From positions 62,001-126,000 of the forward strand of contig JBEUKZ010000131.1 in NCBI GenBank assembly GCA_048128005.1: DNA of 64,000 nt, read 5' to 3'. Below are positions 28,101 to 40,100 of the stretch, one piece after another. The position numbers were made by a program, and so were the translations under genes. How positions within the stretch are numbered: position 1 is the first letter of the stretch; every line of letters starts with the position of its first letter. Under the pieces are notes generated by a model. The model made no database searches, was not told where the DNA came from, and was given only the letters and a program-made list of their open reading frames with translations. Origin of the DNA: Veleropilina oligotropha. Lineage: Eukaryota.

Positions 28101-31100
28101 ACACCTTAATTCACTGTGAATCTGTGAAACGAGCTTGTTGGGCAACATCTATAATGGGTTTTAGTAAAAATTCAGCTCCATGTGGGATAAACTACTCCAT
28201 GCTGTTCAACAGCTGACAGAAAATTCAATCTTTTCGAGGGCCGACAAATTCTTGAATGAACAAACTGCTAGTATTTAATGGCTGTTCAGTTCTGAGAGAG
28301 CTGTTTTGTATGATTGAATACGTACTTAGAATGAGAATGAGCAAGTGCTTAGAAGAACAATACTGGTAGATCAACTGGTCAGTAGTCCGATTTATTTCTC
28401 TCAATTTGAATCAAACCAAATATAGTTTTTAGTCTGACTTCTCTCATTTTCCGTCATTTTCCATTGTTGGATAGCCCTTTTGTTGTTTTCAGTGTGGCCG
28501 ACTTCTCTTTTGGCTCCAGTTGTCTTATTACCCTCTTCGCGTTTCAGTCCAAGAAGGGTCAAGTGTTTGAGCTCATCTGTCGACTTTAGTTTCATTGTCC
28601 GTTGTCCGATCATTCGTTTTTCTTGTCTTCAGTGTGATTGCTTTCTCTCTCTTATCATCCGTTGTCTGATCACCCTCTTCTCTCGTATCAGGCCAAGCAG
28701 GGCCTGGTGTCTATGCTTATGATGGACTTCTCTCTCTTGTCCGATGTCTGATGGACTTCTCTCTCTTGTCCGATGTCTGATGGACTTCTCTCTCTTGTCC
28801 GTTGTCTGATCGCTCTGTCTCTTGTTCATTGTCTGATCGCTCTGTCTCTTTTCCGATGTCTGATGGACTTCTTTCTCTTGTCCGTTGTCTGATCGCACTG
28901 TCTCTTGTCCGATGTCTGATGGACTTCTTTCTCTTGTCCGTTGTCTGATCGCTCTGTCTCTTGTCCGATGTCTGATGGACTTCTTTCTCTTGTCCGTTGT
29001 CTGATCGCTCTTTCTCTTGTCCGATGTCTGATGGACTTCTTTCTCTTGTCCGTTGTCCGTCTGCTCTGTCTCTTGTCCGATGTCTGATGGACTTCTTTCT
29101 CTTGTCCGTTGTGTGATCGCTCTGTCTCTTGTCCGATGTCTGATGGACTTATTTCTCTTGTCCGTTGTCTGATCGCTCTGTCTCTTGTCCGATGTCTGAT
29201 CGACTTCTTTCTCTTGTTCGTTGTCTGATCGCTCTGTCTCTTGTCCAATGTCTGATCGACTTCTGTCTCTTGTTCATTGTCTGATCGCTCTGTCTCGTGT
29301 TCATTGTGTGATCGCTCTTTCTCTTGTTCGTTGTCTGATCGCTCTCTTTTCAATCCAAGCACGGTCAGGTGTCGGTGCTTCTGGTCGACTTGTCTCCCAT
29401 TGTCTGATCGCTGTCTTCTCGTTTCAGTCCAAGCAGGGCCAGGTGTCAGAGCTCCTCGCCCGTGCAGACACATATTCCTCTGAGAACCGCTCCCAGGCCG
29501 ACGTCTACGCTGCGATGGCCGACACCCTCGGCGAGGCCTGGAAAGACCTATTCGCCAAGCTCGAATACCGTGGCAAGCTCCTCCAGCAGAGCATGGCCTT
29601 CCACCAAAGTGCTCAGGATGTAAGTATGCGGATATTGTAAAACAAGACCACAGTCATCCTTATGACTGTTGTTTGAGCCATGTTACCTGTCTTTAATGTA
29701 CTAGTGTGTGTTAGTTCATCGTTCATCTATTTACCCTAACACTGAGTGCACTGTTCTGAAATTGTGACATTGATACATTGAGTTTGTTTTCATATTGGTT
29801 AAAATGATTGGTAGTGATTCTATCAAGTACAAACTGATTAAAATTATCGGATGATACGATTATTAAGCTGCCAGACTGTTGGCTTGAATGTCAACTGTGT
29901 AATCTATAACAACTTACTGAATACCTCTGCTTCATATGAGTGAGTTCCATTCTGTGGCTTTGTGGATTTAACAGTGACAGTTGGCCATAACTCGTCGGGG
30001 TGTAATCCAGGCTTTCGTCCACGATAATATGCACGTTTCAATATGACCATAGTTAACTTATGATGTGACAAGAAACCCAGAAAAAACAAAACGGGACAAA
30101 CCTATTGATTAATCTCTTTTCTGCTTCCAGTTCGCCACCAAGATGGAGCAGGCCCAGGGCAAGTTTGCTAACATGCCCCTGGCCAACTCGATAGAATCCG
30201 CCAAACAGTTTCTCCAGCAACATCAAGAGATCAAGAAAGGTAAGGACTTAGGGGTGAGCACTGACACAGAGAAAGGTCATTCGACCTGGATGGATCAGGC
30301 CCAGGGCAAGTTTGCTAACAATCCACCAAACGGCGTCTCCAACAATACCAGGAGATCAAGAAAGGTAAGGACTTAGGGGTGAGCACTGACACAGAGAAAG
30401 ACCATTCGACCTGCCAAGTTTAGCGCTGACGTGGACAAAGGTAAACAAAATTGCTGGATTGAATATGACCACAGTTTGAGTGCTGAATTGTAAATATTTA
30501 AAAGTAGGTAGGGCTGTTAATGGGTAAGGATCAGAACTGTCTATCTACTTATCTAAACATAAATATGTTATTTCCTCATTTGCATTGATATCCTATTGCT
30601 TTTGCACAACATTAAGGAGCCACAGATGACTATCTTACTTGCTACTTCTATACAATATGTTGAAAGTGGTCTTCACAAGTGAAATGCAGTGTTACATGGC
30701 CATGAGCAGACCGACTTTTCAAACACCACATATTGTCAGTTAGTACAACATAAATTTCTCTATTTGTTGGTATTATTTTTATATATACAACTGTTATAAC
30801 GTGTATTTATTTTATTTTATATTACATTAATGTTATTATTTCTCATGTCTACAGGTATTCTAGAAGCTTCAAAAATTACCCTGGACCAAGGACAAGCCCT
30901 ATTAGACCGTATCCGCGAAATGGGGATGCATGCGGACATCCAAAACCGACATGCGACCACCGCCGCCTGTTATGGAATAGAACACCTACTAGAACTGCTC
31001 CATGACAGGCGGCGCCACCTGGAAGAGCTGTGGTCGCAGCGAAAACTACGACTTGAACAATGCCTACAGTTGTGCCAGCTCGACCAAGAAGTGCACAAGG

Positions 31101-34100
31101 TAGGAGGGTGGATCAAAACGTTAAATGCTAGTGTTAATTTTTATGCCCCCAACAATTTATTGGGGTGGCATTTAGATTTACCCTTGTTCATCCGTCCCGT
31201 CCCGAAGCTAGTATTTGCGTGCAAGTATTTGAAACTCCATTCTGCTATAACAGTGGGGGCGGCATTCGTGTCCCGTGGACACATTTCTATTTTCTATAAT
31301 GTTGCATTCTATTTTCTTTGTGTCTAATTTATGAATTTTTCAAAATCGTTGGATGTTTTTACAAAATAATACTTCATATTGTTTAATATAGATATCTTTA
31401 ACATTTTTCCTCTTGCATCCTTAACCCTTAACCGCCAGCCAAAATTTACGGAATGTGAGGTATATAGCTTGTCATGGATAATGTACTATACCATATAAAA
31501 TATTGCTTGCAAGCACATATACTTATATATTTTCTGAAAGATAATTGAATAGGCTATATAATAGTGCTTTGAAATTTGTTTGTCGAGTAAAAAATTTGCA
31601 TAATTGATCACTTTTACCTTTTATTCTCAGGTATTTTGGGAATATTCACTATACATGTCAATTCAGAAAATATTTGATCAACAAATGCTTTACATATGTA
31701 TGTTATATTTTTTAGATGCATGTTGATGTATTCTTTGTGTTTGTAATATATATTGGTGTATAATAATAAAGAATATCTTATGTCAATATGATGTCTTCAT
31801 GTCTGATTTTGAAAAAAATATCCCGCAGGTGTATGAAGAAACTCAACACAGCAATGTGAAATAGGCCTTGCTACAAACGTACATTATATCAAATATAAAA
31901 TTTATACCATTAACAGCTATATTTAACCATTAGGCCTATATGATTTATTATTGTTAATAATTAAATAAAACCAAGTACAAGAATAGTCCACCGATAGATC
32001 ATACCATTCATAATCTCCATTTCAATTCTCGATATCATCCTCAAAAGTGTCAGATTCAGAAATGTCAAAGCCGCAAATATCAATTGTCACTTCAGAGTTC
32101 AAAATCCGCCTTTTAGGCCACAAGTTAATCATATTCCATAACAAATAATTCAAACTAAATGTAAAAACACATGTCGTTTATCAAAAGCAAAAAATCCGAT
32201 GAAAAATGGCCACTTTCAAGCCTTCAAACTTTATTTCAAACATCGATTAACTATACCTAACCTGCCGCCATTGTGGATTTAAAAGCACCAGGATGTAGCC
32301 CGATCATTCACGAACGAAATGAGCCGAAAATATCCGAAGATTTCCGAACATTTACGAAGTTTTAAGCATTGAGATATAGGTGTTGTAGAAAGTCGGGAAA
32401 GTCGGGTTTTGTCGAGTAAGGGTTAAAAGAAATACATGCAATTGCTGTTTCATTATGAGATTAAAGTTTGCGAAATTATGATTATATGACATATGAACAA
32501 ATTAAGCTTGATACTTTATGCTCAAAATGGCTGTTCAGGATGTTTCCATATTCATGAGCACATTTGATGATACACAATAAACAAAATCTGCTATGTAATT
32601 ATGTGAACATTGCCATTACGTTATAATGTCATGTTTTGCCATCTTTATAGATACTGGAATGGTTTCGTACTGTGGGATTCACCTTTCTCCGACGCACGGA
32701 GTTGGGTGACTCCGTCACCAGCGCTCAGTATATCCTGCAGGAACACCAGCAGTTTGAGATACAAGCCAAGGTAGGCAACTGTGTCCACAATGATATGTTC
32801 TTAAATCCAAGGTAACGAGAAATCATTGAAAATATTGTTTTATTACGAACTTTTCCAATGTATCTGAATGAGTGACATAGGTGAAGATTTAAGATCAATG
32901 GAATAAAACTTGGCAATTATGGACTAGATGTCTGTAATGAAGTTTCTTTTCTTTAAATAAGCTTATTGCTACAGCTAGAATACCAATTGGATGCATTGGG
33001 TATCTTTAATCACCGATGTAATGCAACCTGGAGCCTGATCAGTGTTTGGATGCTTGATAATGCATGAAAGTGATCTAGACAAAACCATCTGATCACATAG
33101 AGACATTAAATTTGAGATCCCGACTACAATACTACTGAAAATGTATTAAAATGTGGTAGTAACAACTACCATTTCAAAGAAAACTAGAGGCATTCTATAT
33201 ATGTTGTTGTTGCTATTCTTGCAGAGCGTCCAGGACAACGTCCTGCACCTGGTCCGGACCACTGACCAGCTCCTCCGCCGATCCAGCATGGACGCGGAGG
33301 GCGTGCGTCAGCGGCTGAAAACCGTTGACCTGGAGTGCGAGAACTTCCAGTACCAGCTGGACAACCGGCGCAAGAACATTGCATTATCACAATCATTCTT
33401 CAACCAAGCACAATCGGTGAGTCGCAATCCTTCTTCAACCAAGCACAATCAGTGAGTCACACTCATTCTTCAATCAAGTACATTCAGTGAGTAACTATCC
33501 TTCCCTTCTTCAACCAAGTACAATCGGTGATTCACAATCCTTCTTCAACCAAACAGTTGCAATCTAGTGCAATCAAGGGAGGTACAATTGAATTATTAAG
33601 TCCTTTTCCAGTAACATAATACTATCCTTCTTCAACAATAGTATGTTATCTTACTTTAGCACATAGATTTCGTGATATAAATCAGCTATTGATGTTCAAT
33701 TTATTTCTGATTATAATAGTGTATTTTGGCGTGCTTTTGGCCCGCCTACTAGGCAGTGCTATAGTCGTGGACTGGCGTCTGTCGGCGTCGGCGTTGGCGT
33801 CCGCTGATGCTTTTCATATTTGGTATACACCTTGTATACCATCAGGCATTGCCTAAGTTCTAAGTTGGGGGTCATTGCGTCAAAGGTCAAGGTCATTTTC
33901 GTGTATTTCCGTTCTGGACTTGAAGATTGCTTTCTGTCACATAGGAGACGAACCGCTGGACCTATGCTTTTCATATTTGGTATACACCTTGTATACCATC
34001 AGGCCTTGCCTAAATTCAAAGATGGTGTCTTTGGGTCAAAGGTCAAGGTCGTTTTCGTGTATTTTCAATCTGGACATGGAAGATTGCTTTCTGTCAACTA

Positions 34101-37100
34101 GAAGATGAACCGCTGGACCTACGCTTTTCATATTTGGTATACACCTTGTATGCCATGAGGCCTTGCTTTAGTTCAAACATGGGGTCAAAGGTCAAGGTCA
34201 TTTTCGTGTATTTCCGTTCTTGACTGGGAAGATTGCTATCTGTCGCATAGAAGACAAACCGCTAGATCTACACCTGTCATATTTGGCATACACCTTGTGT
34301 GCCATTAGACCTTGCCTAGGTTGGGGTCAATGGGTCAAAGGTCAAGGTCATTTTCATGTATTTCCGTTCTTTACTCTGAAGATTGCTTTCTGCCACACAG
34401 AAGACAAACCGCTAGACCTACACCTTTGGTATTTGGTATACACCTTGTGTGTCATCTTGACTTGCCTAAATTCAAAGTTGGGGTCACTAGGTCAAAGATC
34501 AAAGTCATTTTCGTGTATTTCCATTCTTGACTTGAAATATACCTTTCTGTCACATAGAAGACGAACCGCTAGACCTATATTTTTCATATTTGATATGCAC
34601 ATTGTGTGCCATCAAACTTTGCCCAAGTTCAAAGATGGGGTCACTGGGTCAAAGGTCAAGGTTATATGAACTATTGTAAAATATACTTTCTGACATTTTT
34701 TATAGAGTTATTGATTATTTAATCTCTATGGATGTATTATATACAAAAAGCTGGCCAGTATGAGGAGCATACCTCTAGTTCTTTATATGGCGTATTTTTG
34801 TTATTTGAAGGAAAGAATTCTATGTGTTGTGTCTGTACTTGCAGGCTCTAACAAAACTGGATCAGATTGAAGTCCAGCTCAACACCATGGACTTACCGAG
34901 AAACAGCGCAGTGCTCGCGGAGAGACACGCCAGCCTATCTAACGCCATCGTGGAAACGTCCACATCGGCTCTACACGAGGGTCGTCTACTACTAGAGAGG
35001 GTCAGTAGTGACGACTCAGGAGCCGATGGCGTTAGAAGGAAGGTCAGTACCCACATGGGATACAGTATTTAGAAGGAAAGTGGTCATGTTATTTAAATTC
35101 AACTACTTTTAAATTATTTATCCTAATTATGTATGTCAAATATCGATGTTGAACACTAATGATTTGATGATAGATGATAGTGCTCAAAAAGTTATATATC
35201 TTGTTATCTTTTATTATTTTATTTTCTCTTTTCAACCCTTATGAATACTTGTTGTTTTGCTTAATTTCTCTTAAATATTATACAACTGTGCTGTTTGGTA
35301 ATCAAGACATTGTTTAGCTACATACCCGACAGAAAGTCTTTACCGTGAAGTCTGTACTTGTATGTAGCTATGAATTAAGAAACGAAATAAATGGACATTA
35401 CTGACCACTATTCCGAATGCACAATCATTAGCTAATCCTAGTATACATTTGAAGTTTTTCTATTTCTTTTCAAGGTAAAAGAGTTACAAGAGCGCTGCTC
35501 TCATTTGGAACAGCTGTGCAAGGCACGTCGAGCGGAGGCCTGGGAGCGCAGCCAGGCCTATCTGGTGTTCCAGGAGCGTTACACCACGGTGAGTATGGAC
35601 TGAAATATTAATTCAAAATGGTTCTATATTATATTCTAAAGACACTGAATCGCATGTAATAATAATAATTTTGTTTATCTGCCTGTTCTAATCATTCATC
35701 CATCTCCGCTCTCTTTGAGAGTATATATTACAGTCAAGCTGCCACTAGCGAGCGCTGTAACTAATTAACACACCAACCAGGTACCCACTTAAGTCGGCTG
35801 GTTGAACCGAAGCACATATATGCTTATTCCTTGCCAAAGGGAATTCTCCGCGATGGGTATTGAACCCGAAACCTAACAAAATAGGAGTGTCCTTCCAAAT
35901 GTACTTCGCGTTTTGCCTTTTATACAGATGTGGAATATACCAGTGATATCTCCTTTCAGTTCCAAACATGGATCACCCAGATAGTCCAGGCCACTCTCAG
36001 CCGATACGCAGACTTGGGAACAAACCTTGCCAGCGCTAAAGACTTTCTGGAAAGACATGAACAACTAGATGAAGACATCAGGGTGAGTCGTTTGCTGTCA
36101 CAATAGTAACAAAGGCATGCTCACATTCAGCATTTGTAAGTGCAATTTTTCGTATAAACAGTCAAATCAATAATAATATTTTATCAGTTGATGTTTCTAT
36201 ATTCACGTTCTTTAGCATGTTTTACAATTAGAAATATGACCATCTTTTCTATCATCAGGACAAGAATGCTGAACTTGAAGCCTTGTCAAATGCAGTGGTC
36301 GACTTGGTCAAGTCAGGGGACCGAGAAGCCCAACCTGCCGCTGAGAAGGTGGACGCACTACACAAGCAGTACCAACGGCTGCAGCGTGTGGTGGAACAGC
36401 GCATTCACATGGCCCTGCTCTATGTCTCATTCCACAAGCAATGCCTCCAGGTAGGTGTATGAGTCTCAATCCACAAGCAATGCCTCCAGGTAGGTGTACG
36501 AATCTCAGTGTGCAAACTATGCCACAGAGTAGGCATACGAGTCTAGTTGAGCAAACTATGCCTCAGGGTAGGTGTACGAGTCTCGTTGAGAAAACTATGT
36601 CGCTGAGTAGGTGTACTAGTCTCGTTGAGAAAACTATGTCGCAGAGTAGGTGTACGAGTCTCGTTGAGCAAACTGTTGCAGAGTAGATGTACGAGTCTCA
36701 TTGAGCAAACTATGTCGCTGAGTAGGTGTACGAGTCTCATTGAGCAAACTATGTCGCTGAGTAGGTGTACGAGTCTCGTTGAGCAAACTGTCGCTGAGTA
36801 GGTGTACGAGTCATATTGTGTAAGCAATACCAACACGAAACTACTTGTAAAGTACCATTTCCTCCTGACGTGTTCTCCAAGTCCCTTTTAACAACACTGA
36901 AAATATTTGCATTTGTATTCATTTTAATATTAAATGCAAATTCACTGTTATAACATGATAACTATTGACTTTCTTTGAAAATATTTTTTATGCCTGTGTC
37001 ATATGTTTGAAATCTCTTCAGTCGTATTTTCAGATAAATTGATCCATAAAGTGATGAGGCGTGACAACAACCATTCGAGTCTAGATCGAGGTTGAGGGTA

Positions 37101-40100
37101 TTTAGTCTGTGCAAATCAGTTCTACCAAGATTGTGATTCTGAGTTTTCTATAAGAAAACTGACACGACCACAAAGTTATCAGATATTTGCGCTTGTTTAG
37201 AGAAACAGCAGTTGTTTGTTATTTAAATTGAAATGTCAGTACAATCTTTCTATTTCTTTTATCCCTTCAGCTATCGAACAACATGGAAGGCATAAAACAC
37301 GTATTAGCGTCAGACATGGAGGATTTGCAAAGCCTTACTGACGCCGGAATTCACCACACACACGAATCCTGGACCAAGACCACCACCATCTTCAGAGATG
37401 TCCAGGACAAAGGCAAAACATTTCTGCAAAACACCTCCACAGTAAGTTCTCAGTATCTCTGCTAATGAGTCTTGAAAACAACCTGACAGGGCGTCTGACC
37501 CTCCATGGTGATATTAGGACGCGATTAGACTTTTCATTATTGTGGTGGGTTATTCTAATGCTTAAGATTAACAGAAAGGATGTTTGAAAACCTGTTAATC
37601 TTCCTTCAAACAGAGATGCTAACTGAGGGTCCGTCCGACTACAAAATAATTGAAAATTTGTTTGTTATTTTTTGTTCCCCAAATTATCGATGACTATTGC
37701 TTATATCTGTTATTTTTTATTACTCCGACGATATTTGCTGATCTGTACTGTTTCTTGCGCAGATCAATGATGACCCCAGTTTAGAGATTCGTACCGCTGT
37801 GAGGACAGTGGAGACGATTCTCACGGAGTCTCAACAACGCATGACTTCCCTCACCTCGCAGTGGGAGTCATGGGAAATGCGAGTATCGACAAGCAAGCAG
37901 TTCAAAGTCCAGTGGCACCAGTTCATACAGGACGCCCGACGGGTAGGCTCCCTAGATATTGCATGCTGTTCGCAGGCCTTCCTCGTATATTTTCAATATG
38001 ATGCCCACAAAATTTAAATTGTCTGTTATAATGTACTAACTGAAACGATTTGAAAATGATAATTGAAATAACTAATTGAAAAAGAGTGATGTAATAAAAG
38101 TGAAATTTTTAAGATAAAAATAGAGACTTGGCTCCAACTGTAGAATAAGCACAATGTGGACAATGTGAATATTGATAATAAAAACATGCAACTAGATTAT
38201 TTAAATTATTTTATGATAATTTCATATTTTTTTAATAACTAACTTTGTGTTACACAACACTGAATTCAACTTGATTCTATGCTTTTGCTGTTTTTCTGCC
38301 TATTATCTAGAATGCGCATAAAATGTTGCTGTTAATGGCGATGTAGGCATTTAATTATATAAAATGTTATGTTGGGTAAAAATTATTTAAATTTAATGAC
38401 GATATCAACATTTTCGGAATAAATTGCTGCTTACCACTATAGACATATTTGATGCACAATGCTGCTTTTCTATGGCGATGTAGACATGGTGGGTGAGTAA
38501 TGCTGCTTGTAAGCCTCGAATATTTCTATTGAGTAGAAAGTTGTTCTCGATATTTCTTGCCGCACTTATTTCCCTTTGTAGATATTCTAGTCTCCATATT
38601 TGACTGCAGTAGCAGGCTTGAACTAGCGGCAGCGTAGTTCCCTGAGGCGAACCTTCCTCCTATGTTGCTGTCATAATCTTATTGAGATTTTCTCGATTGA
38701 CATTATGTTTTGCAGACCATTGATTCAATAATGACTATTGAGAACGACTTTTTCCCTCTAATCTGCGCCGATGTCGGCACATCGGCTGCGGCAGATGCGT
38801 TATATCAAACTCGCCTTGATGAGTTCACGCCAACAGCTAAGGTAACGCAAGAATTACAGAGACAACTAGGATGTAGATACTGTCTCCCATGAAAATCCTC
38901 AAATCAGATTTCTCGACGCAAAGTATTTTATTCCTTATTGAAATTTTTGTTGAAAATCTTTATAGATGTCACATTGAGACTAGACGCAATACTCTGACTT
39001 GCAATTTTCTTTTCGAAAGCTTTTATTTATTGCTATTTTTCTGTGTTGAGAAGTCTGGTTTGAATGATATTTCCCAAAATTATTTGTAGATAACTTATTT
39101 ATCATCCTGTGATTTTGTTTATCCATGACTTGTAGACGATCGATTGGGTCATGAGTGCAGAGAAAGAACTTTTCCTCCCCTATATGGCCGGTTACCTAGG
39201 CAACACTTTGGAGCGAGCCAAAGAGCTCCAAGTGAAGCTGGATAATTTTGGACCTACCGTTCAGGTATTGCGTGCCATTAGCAATCGTACTAATTTTAAT
39301 GTAGGATTATTGCTGAAATAATGATAGCACGCAGACCCAAGATAACTATCAATATTTAGGAATTATGACAAATTTTCATATTTTGAGTAATTTGATTGAA
39401 ATGTTATGTTTCTGACCAAGGGTGTTTTATTGGCTCGCATGCAAAGCAAATGCGAGTGCGAGTCTATGTAATGAGCATGTCGTCTGGCCGTACGTCCGTC
39501 CAACCGGCATCAACAATTGGTTCTCCTGTTAAAATTTTGGTTAAAGTTTCTCAATCATGCTATATAAGCAACAAAATATGCATGTTTTAACATTTCTATT
39601 TGCTAGATATCACTATTTCATCATTACCTCAAACCAAATAAATAATATTGAATGTAATTTCCTTCGAATTTCACCATAAAATGATGCTTTTGGACTTAAA
39701 GTTAAAGTTTTTGGTTAGAGATTCTCAATCATGCTATATAAGCAACAATATGCATGTTTTAGCATTACTATATCTTGGATATCACTATTTCATTGTTATC
39801 TGACCATAAATAAATAATATTGAAGATAATTGTGCATCCACAAACAAAGTTTAGGGGGGTGCATATAGTAGTCAGTTTGTCTGTCTGTCGGTCTGTTGCA
39901 AATTCCCTTCCGCTCCATATCTACGATAATATTTCGTCTAGGAAACTTAATGTGTGGATGCGTTATAACCCACAGGTGTGTCGCGTACCAAAAGTGGTCA
40001 CTGCGACCTACTTTTCACGCTTGATCGCACTTGGTCAAAAATTCCCTTCCGCTCCATATCTCCCATAATATTTGACAGAGGGACACGAAACTTGTTGTGT

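Noticed and set aside
28826..29473. 215-aa Arg/Glu-rich minus-strand ORF
   Set aside because: Antisense reading of the pyrimidine-rich acceptor array.
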